This document shows, one piece after another, positions 11,680 to 24,130 of a stretch of 64,000 nt of DNA. How positions within the stretch are numbered: the stretch's first letter is position 1; each line of letters begins with the position of its first letter. Below the pieces are notes generated by a model. That model was not told where the DNA came from, ran no database searches, and saw only the letters and a list, made by a program, of their open reading frames with translations. This DNA is from Eledone cirrhosa. Taxonomy: Eukaryota. Made by a program: the position numbers and the translations under genes. The stretch is taken from NCBI GenBank assembly GCA_964016885.1, contig OZ024744.1, forward strand, positions 109,492,001 through 109,556,000. The letters run 5' to 3'.

Positions 11680-13210
11680 TATGAGGTTTGCAGCGTCTTC
11701 ACAGACGACTGCTGTGTCTTATTGATTTTTCATTGTCTTCCCATCCACGTCCATGACTTCGTAGATGAGTTTATAGGCCAGCTGTAGATCTTCATGGTTT
11801 ACAATACAGGTGACAGAAGAGAGTTGTGCTTTCTACAGGACTGGTGGGGTCACTCTGTGGGACACAATCTTTATGTACCACCATGTGTCTTTTTAGTCCA
11901 GAACTAGTTCTACACACTTTGTAGCATATCACACACGTTGTTTCGCCAGGTCTTTGTTGAGTGGTGTTGTGGGTAGTTATCCTTTCATGTGACTTCCGGT
12001 GATTAACATAACCAGCCTTTGAGAGGAGTACACACTGGTAGAAATTACATGTCCAGCTACTGATGACTTCAGGTGATTAACATAACCAGCCTTTGAGAGG
12101 AGTACACACTGGTAGAAATTACATGTCCAGCTACTGATGACTTCAGGTGATTAACATAACCAGCCTTTGAGAGGAGTACACACTGGTAGAAATTACATGT
12201 CCAGCTACTGATGACTTCAGGTGATTAACATAACCAGCCTTTGAGAGGAGTACACACTGGTAGAAATTACATGTCCAGCTACTGATGACTTCCGGTGATT
12301 AACATAACCAGCCTTTGAGAAGAGTACACACTGGTAGAAATTACATGTCCAACTACAGATGACTTCAGGTGATTAACATAACCAGACTTTGAGAGGAGTA
12401 CACACTGGTAGAAATTACATGTCCAACTACTGATGACTTCAGGTGATTAACATAACCAGCCTTTGAGAGGAGTACACACTGGTAGAAATTACATGTCCAG
12501 CTACTGATGACTTCAGGTGATTAACTTAACCAGCCTTTGAGAGGAGTACACACTGATAGAAATTACATGTCCAACTACAGATGACTTCATCTAGACTGTG
12601 ACCACAGCCCTTCCAGAGCTGACACTTCAGTTGTTTATGCTCTAGGTGACATTCCTCACAAGTTTTGTAACTGCCCTTTATGTGCTTTTTCTCCTCAGCC
12701 CTATTTAGAGCTATCTCCTCACAGTTGTTTTTATCAAATGTCAGATCTTTGGGGGTTGTTCTTGATACTCTCCTTATACCTCACTTTCGGTTTGTGTTGA
12801 GGTCTTTTTCCAAGATGAAGTCACAGTAAAACAGTTGCTTCAGGATCCTGCTCTTTCTTTCATGCGGACGATATGTCCTGTCCAGCGTATTTGAGAAGAT
12901 GTTACTTGAAACTTAATGCTAGGACATTCTGCTTTGACAAGGGCATAGATGTCAGGAGTTCTGTCTTGCCACTTGATGTTGAATATGTGCCTTAAACATT
13001 TCTGCTGAAATTGCTCAGACAATTTGATGTGTGGAATAACGTCCAGGTTTCGGCAGAGTATAAAAGAGCTGACATAATACATGATCTATACATATACACC
13101 TTGGAATTGTTGGTAATGTTGCGATTTGCCCAAACTCTCTTTTCCAATTTTCCGAAGGCAACAGAGACCTTCTGGATGCGCTATTATTGTTTGAGGTAGC
13201 TTGTCCTTCG
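11680..13210 (-). pseudogene. 3' part of an RTE-clade LINE with three C-terminal C2H2 zinc fingers, decayed
   Basis: RTE-type C-terminus EQFQQKCLRHIFNIKWQDR...QIRWTGHIVRM is followed by WTCNFYQCVLLSKAGYVNHRKSH, TCVICYKVCRTSSGLKRHMVVH and FCHLYCKP*RSTAGL*THLRSH. It ends in a 3' hairpin gcagtcgtc-tgtgaa-gacgctgc and a (TA)n tail. Confidence 0.85.
11998..12589. repeat. 74-bp tandem repeat, 8 copies, inside the RTE element
   Basis: Unit ggtgattaacataaccagcctttgagaggagtacacactggtagaaattacatgtccagctactgatgacttca starts at 11998, 12072, 12146 ... 12516. Confidence 0.95.
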
Positions 13211-13214
13211 GAGA

Positions 13215-15830
13215 ACCGGCTCACTGCCCGGGGGTGGATGGTGAAGCTTGGTGGTCGGAAATGTGGGGTGCATGGAGATCCTCAGTGTAGGACCCTGCCA
13301 ACGTATAATATCTCGCTAATTAACTAGTAGCCGTTAACTTGAGTTCGAACTAAGGAAGTGAGAAGGAGGGGTGAACCACAGCAATGTCAGGCAGGAGCCT
13401 ATCCGCTAAGTAAGTGCAGTTCTGTGGTGTTTTAAATGCTAGTCAAGACAAGAGAGGAGAGGAGAGCGGTAGGTCCTGTGGGCAGGGTTACTGTCTCTAG
13501 GGCTCAGTCAGGTGGGGTGCTATTTATATAGCTTGAGGAAAGTTCTCGTCCTTAGGTGTCAACATGTACCAAAGAAATCTGTCCTACGATTGATTAAATT
13601 TATTCCACCACTGAGTATATTGAGGGTCTCACTTAAACAGAGGCTGCAAATGTCAGACCCACCTCCATCTGGTGGTACCTCCCTAACTTTGGACCAGACC
13701 AAAGTGTACGGGGTCTTGTCCAGTTTTGAGCTTTCAGATCAGTTCGGAAAGGGCCATACTTTTCTTTTTGTCGATCCTATTAAAGAAGTGGCGTTGAAGC
13801 TCGTCGACGTGGCCCTATGTAAACATGCTCTGAGTTGGGGGTGTAAGGCTGTACCGGTTCTTCACTAGGCATTCATTTCTAAGGCGGCATAAGATGGGGT
13901 TTCTGCATTTGTATGAAGTAGTCGACCCTTGCATGCTTACTGTGTGGTTCCAATTGGGTAAGTTGGAGCGGTCTATCCCTCTGACTTGTACAGGGTGCCT
14001 GGGTCGGTTGGTGTTACTCGGGTCAGTCCCGGGTCCACCACCTACCCTGTCATAGCTCTGCTGGGTGTCTATAGCATCAGCTGTTGTATGTCTAAATGTC
14101 CTAAGCCTATTCTTATTGATACAAGCTATGTGCTGGGCTACGTTGCCTATTAAAGATTTTGTGGTACCTGTGGGTCCTCGGGAAGCATTTATCCAGTACC
14201 CTAAAGAATGATCGGGCTAGGCTGGTCTGCAGACCCACGGAGTATGGTGGATTATACCATGTTATTTGTCTAAGATTAGTCCTATGTGAGTGAGTTGAGC
14301 CGCACCATGCCGTTGAGGAGTTGGGGTCCCACGGCTTCTCGTACTGCTGCTGCCTCGTTGCGCGTTCCGGTTTCTGCTAGCTGTTCCATTCCTGTCGGTG
14401 AGGTGATGCCGACCCACACAGAGGTTTCGACGTTGGAGTGTTCCATCGTCTATCCCAGTCGGTGTTATGTGGTTGGGGACGCTGGAGTCAGAGTGGTTTG
14501 TATCACCACTAGGCCCACCTCGCGTATTGCATTTAGTCGCATGCCCAAGGGTATGCGTTTGTCTCGCAACCGGGGTGGTGATAGTTTCCGGGGGCTTAGG
14601 CGCAGTAGCTCCAACCCTACCTGTATTATGTAGGTTCCTCCCTTCCCGAGACTATAGGTTGGAGGTTCCCATAGGTCATCTCCTTCATGGCCCCTGTGTT
14701 TATAACAGATAACTTGACCATCGGCCACCTTAGCTAGAGCTGTATTATAATAATCAGCATTACTATTGAAGTTCTCCTTATTGGCAGACAAGTTGGAGAT
14801 CCTGTCCGAGACACGCTTGACTATGGCTTTAATAATAGATCAAGGTGGTTTGACTTAGCGTTAACATATACCAGCTTCTCGTTAGGCTTATGATAGGGGT
14901 AGTATAGCTCAATGTTTAGGTTTACGGTGGTGTCTAGGAATTTAACTACCTTTCTATTGGGGTCTAATTCTATACTGAGCCCTTGATTCCTAAAAAAAAG
15001 TGTCTAATTCTCCTCTTCATTCGCTCCACCATAGTGGTGCTGTTGTCAAAGACTGTGAAGAGATCATCATCACGGTATAAGGATTTCTTCCTTAATTTGC
15101 TTCAGTATAAAGAGCCCAACCAGGTCCGTTATCAGTGTGGAGTCGCTGGAGCCCATTGTGATGTCAAAGTCATTTGGCCAATCACTCCTGGTCCAGAGAT
15201 CCCCAGCGAAACGGATCAAGGTCTTCCTGGCGGCGTGGATTATTCCTATTTCTTCGTGGGTAAAGTCCATTTTACACGAATATAAGGGCCTTATTTAGAA
15301 CTATGAGCGAGATTGAAGAGTAGTAGCTATCCAGTTTGATAAGGCTAGTCCTACCTTTTCCCAGGTAATAGTGTAAACCACTCTATCACCTCACCAGTAC
15401 AGGACCATAGTTGTAACTTTGTTTTTTTCCTAAGCGTTGGCAGAATTCTATCTGGTATGCTTTTACTGACAACCCCCAAATCAGACTTAGAAGGGACTAT
15501 TAGTCTAACCAGGAGGTCAGATTCAAAGTTCGGCTTGTGATCCTTAATGGTAATCCTCGGCTCTCCCGGTTCGTACGGAGCCGTCCTCTCCTCTGTGCTG
15601 ATTTCGGATACTATTTTATATGCCTTGGTGTTGGTCTCCTCCAGGATAACTCCAGATGTTTTCTTGCAGCTCTTCCTCAGTTCCCTGAAGATTAGCTTAT
15701 TGTACGGTTTTACGTTCATGTTATAGATGTTAGTTTTGTCAGCATGAACAAGTATTGCGGTCGACTCCTTAACTTTGGCGATCCCGATTCCCAGGAGCCT
15801 CATGTACTCGCGACATTGGACCTGTTATTT
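13215..15830 (-). pseudogene. Naiad-type Penelope-like element (RT + GIY-YIG), decayed
   Basis: Motifs ADKT, ITIKDHKPNF, FDITMGSSDS..DLVGLFIL, LYRDD, ITWYNPPYS, KCRNPILCRLRNECL, YIG, CSLCLSE and LINRRTDFFGTC*H occur across frameshifts and stops. Confidence 0.85.
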
Positions 15831-15898
15831 GTCTCTAAAAACTTTTTTTTTTTAATTACACCCCACCCGCCCCTTCAATCTTTTTAATTTCTCATTCA

Positions 15899-15935
15899 AT
15901 CTTCTGATAAAAGACTAGCGTCCGAAACGTTAAGA
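15899..15935 (+). ncRNA. Degenerate minimal hammerhead in a pLTR-like segment
   Basis: tctt-CTGATAA-aagac-tagc-gtcc-GAAA-cg-TT-aaga, with the G8 position mutated. Confidence 0.45.
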
Positions 15936-16484
15936 CCCTCTTCGTGCTATTTCACGTGTTAACCTAATATATTCCTTCCATATACTGTACCGATTGTGTT
16001 GTTATTTCTGTTTACCTTATACACACACACATATATATATATATTAATTTACAACTTTATGAAGTAATTGTCTCTAATACGTAGTCTCTCAATAAAAGGT
16101 CAATATATATATATCAATAAATCAATAAATCAATATAATCAACTCAGAGAAGTATTCTCTCAGCATTGGTTACTCCAATGTCTTAAAATACCGGATGATG
16201 AATCTTTGAGTTTTTAAAATCCTTATATAAGTTAGAATTGGCTTCCTTTAGCTAATTTGACTTGAAACTAATACAGCGTTCCTTTGTCAGTGTTGAACAA
16301 ACGAGCAACGATGGTTGCTAGACACTACGGCTTAATACGGGATGTTTGTTTATAAACACACCGAGCATTATAATAAATGTTCGGTGAATCCATACGTACA
16401 TATATATATGTGTTCATGTATGTATATATATATACATACTACTGTACGTCTGTATACATATATGTATGTACGTGTACATACTTA

Positions 16485-16542
<58 letters not shown>

Positions 16543-16549
16543 TATATAC

Positions 16550-16594
<45 letters not shown>

Positions 16595-16599
16595 CATAT

Positions 16600-16666
<67 letters not shown>

Positions 16667-16667
16667 C

Positions 16668-16767
<100 letters not shown>

Positions 16768-16924
16768 ATATGATAATAATGGAGCTGCGGCGTTGCAAAT
16801 GGGTTACATATGAAAAGGTTTGTCCTTCATCAGTGGCCTTCCAACCGTCGTAGGCATTTCATCGCTTTAAAGGCCATATACCTCAGGTTGGTGCGAGCAA
16901 CGGCTAAAAAAAATCGTTGGGACA

Positions 16925-16994
<70 letters not shown>

Positions 16995-16998
<4 letters not shown>

Positions 16999-17182
16999 GG
17001 ATTCGCAATCGTAAGGTTGTGAGTTCGATTCCTGGACCAGGCGATGCGTTATGTCCTTGAGCAAGACACTTTATTTCACGTTGCTCCTTCTACCTGGAGT
17101 TGCGACCGATAGATAGTATTAGCAATTGGAAAGACCAACGGAAACATTGTTCCCTCGGTCCGATTTGACGAAAGTCGATCGA
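16995..17182 (+). mobile_element. SINE family B, 5'-truncated
   Basis: B-box gagttcgattcc, then tgtccttgagcaagacacttta (CORE/V-domain-like). A sister copy is at 25871. Confidence 0.8.
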
Positions 17183-17290
17183 TAAAGATATATAAATGAA
17201 GTAATTCCGTCGGAAAAGTCCAGGAAAAAAGAGTGCTCTATGTAGGTAACAGAGCTTAATAGTTATGTAATAAACAACATAAGGCAATTA

Positions 17291-17350
17291 TTCCATTTAC
17301 CAGTGGTTTCTTAAAAGCAAAAGATTTTGCTTTCAATCCTCAGAATGAAA
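17291..17350 (-). ncRNA. Type I hammerhead (family H3, Naiad pLTR)
   Basis: The reverse complement reads tttcatt-CTGAGGA-ttgaaagcaaaa-tc-ttttgcttttaa-GAAA-cc-act-gg-TA-aatggaa. Confidence 0.8.
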
Positions 17351-17766
17351 AAATGCTGGTCTGTTTATTGAATTTGGATTTTAAAATCAAGAATGCAATC
17401 TATATGAAAGTGAGGCTGGAGAAGGAAGAAGGAAAGGAAAAATAAAATAAAACTACACATGCAAACACACACACAAAAACACAAAAGCATACATACACAC
17501 ACACATATATATATATATATATACATATATATACATATATATATACATACATATATACATACACATACATACACTCATACATACACACACGCACACATAT
17601 ATACACACATATATGTGTATATAAATACACACAAACACATATATACATACGCACATAAATATCAACACATCCATACATACAAATACATATATACAACCAC
17701 ACACACATATATAAACACATACATACACATAGAAACATAAATATAAATACATATACATACACACAT

Positions 17767-17806
<40 letters not shown>

Positions 17807-18390
17807 CTACATATATATATATGTGTACAAGCATACACATACACAAACAAAGCCATACACACATACATAAACATACATACATACATGCACACAATCATAC
17901 ATATATACACACGTACATACATACACATACATAAATGCATTCCTCTACATATTCACACACGCAAATAAATATAAGAAAAAAAATATATATATATATCAAA
18001 AAATTGTTGACAGCGATACAGAACGCAGCTAACTGGACAGACACGCGTGGTAAGTAATACACACAAATGCACGTATACATACGTACGAAATAGTAAATAC
18101 ATACACACTCTCACACATAAATATACATATACAAATACATAAACACATACATACACAAACACACACACGTATACAATTATACACACACATATGTATATGT
18201 AATTATACACACACACATATATATAGATATATACATAAATATAAACATACACACACACACATATATGTATACATATACACATACATATACATACATAGCT
18301 ATACAATTATACACATACAAATACTTACATATCATAAACACACACAACCAAATACAAACACACACACACACACACACATACATACATACA

Positions 18391-21300
18391 GTCTTCTAAA
18401 CAGGAAACTTCTTCCTCTTTTTTAGCCATAATGAATCTGGCAAAAGAACTGGAAAAAAACATTCGAGCTATCACCCAGCACCACCCTCCACTATCACCCC
18501 ACTGCACAAACTCCCATTGCTGCCATTAACAAACAAACAAATTAACAACACACCAAAACAATTAAAACCATCCACTCTCGCCTCTACATTTTTGCTTAAC
18601 GCCCAAGGCATCAGCCCTTCCACCAATACTCAAAAATGGAAGATCAAATTCCTGGAGGACTGGATTGATGTCCATCCAAACCACATCCCTTTCTTCGTCC
18701 TCACTGAAACCCATCTCAGTAACCTCCACTTGGAAGCCGAGGTGAAAGTGAAACATTTCAAAGCCATCCGTGCTGATCGCGCTGGCAGAAGAAAGGGCGG
18801 AACTGCCATTTATGTCCATAATTCTTTCTCAACAGAGGCTATGAACATATTCACTAATGGATACTGTGAGGCAGTCACTGTATTCAGTCAAACCAACAAC
18901 CTATTAGTAGTTGGGCTCTATAGGCCACCCCAAACGCCTGTACCATGCTTCAAGGAATGCCTCAACAGCATAAAGTGTTTCATCCAAGAGTGTCACCCTG
19001 ACAACATCTTAATGATGGGGGACTTCAACCTCCCCGGAGTTGACTGGTCCACAAACAGCCTGCCACCAGGTTCTTCTGCCTCAACCTCTGACAGGGAAGC
19101 TGTGGAATCGCTTCTTGACTTCATGGATGATTTCTTCCTATCCCAACTGGTGCTCGAACCAACGAGGTGCCACAAAAACGTCCTAGACTTAATTTTCAGC
19201 AATCACACTGACAATATCCACAATATTGCAGTGGAGAAAACTCTACTCTCTGATCATGACATGGTTCTCTGTGATCTGAGATTCCACCGTCCAATATACA
19301 AACCCAATGTCATCTCTCCTGTCCATCCGTTTGACGCTATGGATTTCCACAATGCAAACTGGGAAGCGATCAGTCATGATCTTGCACATGTCGACTGGTC
19401 CTTCACGCACACTCATACACCCACTAACATCAAAAAGTCCTGGCAGACATTTGTGGACACTGTTACAAACATATGTGCTAAACACACCCCATTAAGAACT
19501 ATAAACAAATCTAAGAGCAGAATCCCTAGAAATAGAAAAACGCTCATCAGAAAAATTAAGAGAACGAACAAAAAAATCAACAAGCTGAAATACTGTCAGC
19601 AGCAACACATCAACTTGACTGCCATTTCATCACTAGAGATTAAAAAACATAACCTCCAAAACAACATAATGTCCCTCATCAACAATCAGAGAAGAGCTGA
19701 AGAGGCCTGGGCCATTGAGAAGATCAAACTCAATCCCAAAGTGTTCTTTTCATTTGCAAAAAAACACAAAATCACTGGCTCTACTGTTGGCCCTCTAATT
19801 GATGAAAATGGCACTCTTCAAGACAATGCTAAAACCATGGGTGAGATACTGCAGAAACAATACTGCTCTGTTTTCAGCAATCCTGATATGGCCGATCTGG
19901 GCTGTATCGGCGATGTTACTCCCCATTACACCTTATCGGACATAACGTTTGGCGCCCCTGATGTCTTGGCGGCAATAAAGGAAATCAAGCATAATTCAGC
20001 AGTAGGTCCCGATAGGTTCCCTGCTTGTGTCTTGAAGGCGTGTCAACACCAACTTGCATCTCCTCTTGCCAATCTGTGGCGGAACTCACTGGATGCTGGA
20101 TATGTGCCAGAAAACCTTCTATCCCAGTCTGTTGTCCCAGTTTTCAAAAAGGGAAACAAATACCTTGCCGTGAATTACCGTCCAATCTCACTCACCTCTC
20201 ATATCATTAAGGTATTTGAGAGAGTGGTGAGATCGCGAATGACCCACTTCCTTGAGAGTAACAATATGCTGAACTCCAACCAGCATGGATTCCGTAATGG
20301 AAGGGATTGCCTGACGCAGCTACTGCATCACTTTGATGACATTTTGAGAGCCTTGGGAGAGGGTTCCAACACTGATGTTATCAACCTTGATTTCAGCAAG
20401 GCCTTTGACAGGGTTGATCATAACATTCTACTGAGAAAGCTGTCCAATATTGGTGTCACTGGAAGGCTGCTGCAGTGGATCAAGAGCTTCCTGTCAAACA
20501 GAACCCAACATGTTGTAGTTGAGGGAGTCAAATCCAGCCCAGCCAAAGTCAGTAGTGGGGTCCCACAGGGCACTGTGTTGGGCCCACTTCTCTTCATCAT
20601 CTATATTAATGACATCACTGACATCATCAAACACAGCAACATTAAAATTTTCGCTGATGATTCCAAGCTCCAAAAGGTCATCAATGGCGTGGATGACCGG
20701 ATAAGCCTTCAGTCAGACCTACTGGCTGTTACCCAATGGGCGGAAAAGAACAACATGTTACTGAACGAAGACAAATTCGAACTGATCCACTTTGGAAAAG
20801 AGGATGCTCTGAAACTCCCGTACTCCCTTCCCTCCGGGGAAACTCTCGTGGCATCTAACAACATCAGAGACTTGGGAGTAACCGTGGACAGCAACATAAG
20901 CTGGACCACGCATATAAGCAGCAAAGTTGACATGGCCCGCAGAATGTGTTCCTGGATGCTCAGAACCTTCCAGTCGAGAGATTCCCGCACCATTATCCTT
21001 CTCTTCTCTACTTTTGCCCGACCACACCTTGAATACTGTTGTCCACTGTGGTCTCCCCACACGAAACAAAGTATCATGAAACTTGAAGCTCCTCAAAGGG
21101 CAATCACGAAAAAGATAGATGGCATGTCAGACCTTGACTACTGGGGTCGATTAGAAAACCTGAAACTTTACTCACTCCAACGTCGCCGTGAGCGTTATAT
21201 TATCTGCATGATGTGGAAAATGTTCCATCATCACTGCCCAAATGATGTTGGCATCGCCTTCAAGATACACCCAAGGCTTGGGCCCCGTGCTATCCGTCCC

Positions 21301-21623
21301 ATTCAAAAATCTAAATCGCAACTCATAACAACAATACGGCACAATTATTTCACCTCAATCGGCCCTGCTCTCTTCAACATCACACCAGGACACGTCAAAA
21401 CAGAAACTGACCACACAAAATTCAAGAAGTCTTTGGACAAATTCCTCCAAGTAATCCCAGACAAACCACCCACACCCGGATATGTCTCCGCAAACAGTAA
21501 TTCTCTTCTCGAATGGGCCATGGTGCCCAAATCCTGAATTGAAAGACTTCGCCAGGTGGTGCTATTAAGTTAGACATGGCCTGGGCCAATACTGGCCAAA
21601 ACATTTCAAAGTTATTCAAAGTT
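18391..21623 (+). mobile_element. CR1-group LINE, 5'-truncated upstream of ORF2
   Basis: It has an intact ORF2, a short 3' UTR ending in two tcaaagttat repeats and a candidate TSD atacataca (18382-18390 / 21624-21632). Confidence 0.85.
18517..21537 (+). CDS. LINE ORF2: apurinic endonuclease plus reverse transcriptase (1006 aa, uninterrupted)
   Basis: APE motifs LTETHL, YRPP, GDFN and SDH; RT motifs YRPISLTS, QHGFR, DFSKAFD, GVPQGTVLGP and FADD; CR1-like C-terminus RPHLEYCCPLWSP, LYSLQRRRERY. The true start codon is uncertain (TTG in the track). Confidence 0.95.
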   Translation: MLPLTNKQINNTPKQLKPSTLASTFLLNAQGISPSTNTQKWKIKFLEDWIDVHPNHIPFFVLTETHLSNLHLEAEVKVKHFKAIRADRAGRRKGGTAIYVHNSFSTEAMNIFTNGYCEAVTVFSQTNNLLVVGLYRPPQTPVPCFKECLNSIKCFIQECHPDNILMMGDFNLPGVDWSTNSLPPGSSASTSDREAVESLLDFMDDFFLSQLVLEPTRCHKNVLDLIFSNHTDNIHNIAVEKTLLSDHDMVLCDLRFHRPIYKPNVISPVHPFDAMDFHNANWEAISHDLAHVDWSFTHTHTPTNIKKSWQTFVDTVTNICAKHTPLRTINKSKSRIPRNRKTLIRKIKRTNKKINKLKYCQQQHINLTAISSLEIKKHNLQNNIMSLINNQRRAEEAWAIEKIKLNPKVFFSFAKKHKITGSTVGPLIDENGTLQDNAKTMGEILQKQYCSVFSNPDMADLGCIGDVTPHYTLSDITFGAPDVLAAIKEIKHNSAVGPDRFPACVLKACQHQLASPLANLWRNSLDAGYVPENLLSQSVVPVFKKGNKYLAVNYRPISLTSHIIKVFERVVRSRMTHFLESNNMLNSNQHGFRNGRDCLTQLLHHFDDILRALGEGSNTDVINLDFSKAFDRVDHNILLRKLSNIGVTGRLLQWIKSFLSNRTQHVVVEGVKSSPAKVSSGVPQGTVLGPLLFIIYINDITDIIKHSNIKIFADDSKLQKVINGVDDRISLQSDLLAVTQWAEKNNMLLNEDKFELIHFGKEDALKLPYSLPSGETLVASNNIRDLGVTVDSNISWTTHISSKVDMARRMCSWMLRTFQSRDSRTIILLFSTFARPHLEYCCPLWSPHTKQSIMKLEAPQRAITKKIDGMSDLDYWGRLENLKLYSLQRRRERYIICMMWKMFHHHCPNDVGIAFKIHPRLGPRAIRPIQKSKSQLITTIRHNYFTSIGPALFNITPGHVKTETDHTKFKKSLDKFLQVIPDKPPTPGYVSANSNSLLEWAMVPKS

Positions 21624-21631
21624 ATACATAC

Positions 21632-21666
<35 letters not shown>

Positions 21667-21910
21667 TACACATATACATGTGTGTGTGTGTAAAACTCAT
21701 TCTAAGATAATTCATATGAACCTTACATATACATATATATAGTAGTAAAGTAATAACGTAATAAGCAACATAAGGCAATTATTCCATTCACCAGTGGTTT
21801 CTTAAAAGCAAAAAATGTTTCCTTCAGAATGAAAAAAACATGGTCTATCTACATATACATACATATACACACACAAATATATATATATATACATATATAT
21901 ACACATATAT

Positions 21911-21955
<45 letters not shown>

Positions 21956-22019
21956 AATATACATACACATACATAGGTATGTGAAGGGCAAGGCAAAAAG
22001 AATATATGGGGGGGGGGGG

Positions 22020-23088
22020 GATTTAAACCTGTCCTGGGTCATACCGACATATCGCTCACTCCTGGCTGGCTGGTTGTTGATTACCGGTGTTATCTTAGCC
22101 TCCTAAACAACAGATTTGGTGTTACATTTACCCTGCAATGGGCATTCATCCGGCTTCCTGCAAGTGCATCCTGGATTTATTCTCGTATGGTTTGAACTGG
22201 TGATTTTGGACTTCATAGATGGGCAACAAGAGTAGCTGATCTTAACTACGTTCCTATTAAATATCTTATAATATCTATGATTAGGAGGAAAATGTTTGTC
22301 TAATAGTTCAAGGAATTTCCTTCCTACATTAGTTTTGACAGTTAGAGAGAAGGGGGTGTGAACCAAATAATCTTCCTTTTCCTGTTATTGTGGTTAGGTT
22401 TAGGAGGGGGGGGGGTAGGTAAATAGAAAATGTTTCTGTAAAACCGCTGTTCTTAAGGGCTTTATTATAATAAGGGGCGGCTTTATTAAAAATGTCTATA
22501 GACGAAGATAAGGTAGAAATCCTACGGCTAATGTTAGGAATAAGATTATTAAAAATTATAGGGGGATGGCAAGACTCTTTGTGTATATACCTAAGATTTT
22601 CATTAGGTTTATGATAGGGTTTAAAAGAGGCGGTAAGTAGATCAAGATTAATATCAAGAAAGTTAGCATTAGTAAGGTTCGTATCTATAGTGATTTTAAG
22701 GTTAAGCTTAGCAAAAGTATTGATTAAATCTTTACGGAATTTATCAAGGTTATGACCGTTGGTGGTATGAGAAACTGCTAATCCGTCATCACGGTATAAA
22801 CCGATATTATGGGACGGAAATTTCTCTTTGAGGGTGTGGAGAAGGAATAATCCTACTAAGTCACACACATCCGCACTGTCATATGAACCCATTGCAACAT
22901 CAAAAGAGTTTTCAGGGTTTGACTTTTTAACCCAAATATTATCATTAGTAAAGAGTAAAGTTTTTCTAGCATGAAAGATAATGTCTTCTTCTAATTTAGA
23001 AATATTAATGAAGGGTCTTGCAAAATCTAAGGCATTAGTTAATAAGGAAACAGTAATAGATGGGTAAAAATCGACAATATCAAATTGT
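22020..23088 (-). pseudogene. Naiad-type RT/linker/GIY-YIG fragment
   Basis: Runs from QFDIVDFYPSI through LYRDDG to KISYSCCP. It is frameshifted near 22400 and truncated after [10 protein letters not shown]. Confidence 0.9.
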
Positions 23089-23128
23089 CTGTCCAGTTAG
23101 CTGCGTTCTGTATCGCTGTCAAAAAATG

Positions 23129-23162
<34 letters not shown>

Positions 23163-23595
23163 TTTCTTATATTTATTTGCGTGTGTGAATATGTAGAGGA
23201 GTGCCTTTATGTATGTGTATGTATGTACGTGTGTATATATGTATGATTGTGTGCATGTATGTATGTATGTTTAAGTATGTGTGTATGGCTATGTTTGTGT
23301 ATGTGTATGCTTGTACACATATATATATATATATGTATATGTGTATATATATATGTATATATATATGTATGTATATGTGTGTATGTATATGTATTTATAT
23401 TTATGTTTCTATGTGTATGTATGTGTGTATATATGTGTGTGTGGTTGTATATATGTATTTGTATGTATGGATGTGTTGATATTTATGTGCGTATGTATAT
23501 ATGTGTTTGTGTGTATTTATATACACATATATGTGTGTATATATGTGTGCGTGTGTGTATGTATGAGTGTATGTATGTATATATGTATGTATATG

Positions 23596-23684
<89 letters not shown>

Positions 23685-23824
23685 ATGCTTTTGAGTTTTT
23701 GTGTGTGTGTTTGCATGTGTAGTTTTATTTTATTTTTCCTTTCCTTCTTCCTTCTCCAGCCTCACTTTCATATAGATTGCATTTTTGTTTTTAAAATCCA
23801 AATTCAATAAACAGACCAGGATTT

Positions 23825-23884
23825 TTTCATTCTGCGGATTGAAAGCAAAATCTTTTGCTTTTAAGAAACCACTGGTAAATGGAA
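23825..23884 (+). ncRNA. H3 hammerhead in the inverted pLTR (core variant CTGCGGA)
   Basis: Same fold as 17291 with an A6>C change, so probably inactive. Confidence 0.65.
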
Positions 23885-23909
23885 TAATTGCCTTATGTTG
23901 TTTATTACA

Positions 23910-23983
<74 letters not shown>

Positions 23984-23988
23984 TATAA

Positions 23989-24083
23989 GGACAGCAATTA
24001 CCCAGTGCATTACTGGTACTTTATTTTATCGACCCCATAAGGATGAAAGGCAAAGTTAACCTCGGCGGGATTTGAACTCAGAA
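23989..24083 (-). mobile_element. Partial SINE (family A)
   Basis: Reverse complement of the B-box and body. Confidence 0.8.
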
Positions 24084-24130
24084 TATTAATAATAACATTC
24101 GATTCGTTTGCAATTATAATTGTATTATTA

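Larger units (their letters stand above)
17195..23912 (-). mobile_element. 5'-truncated Naiad-type PLE with microsatellite-rich 3' UTR, inverted pLTR (23086-23912) and a nested CR1
   Basis: ORF remnants at 22020-23088 include MGSYDSADVCDLVGLFLL, GLYRDDG, CTCRKPDECPLQGKC and ERYVGMT. Bases 23086-23912 are the reverse complement of ~17265-18042. Confidence 0.8.

Noticed and set aside
11740-12060. Host C2H2 zinc-finger gene
   Set aside because: The fingers are contiguous with an RTE RT C-terminus, lack TGEKP linkers and contain stops.
18562-21530. Antisense and alternate-frame ORFs over the LINE
   Set aside because: They are shadows of the 1006-aa ORF2.
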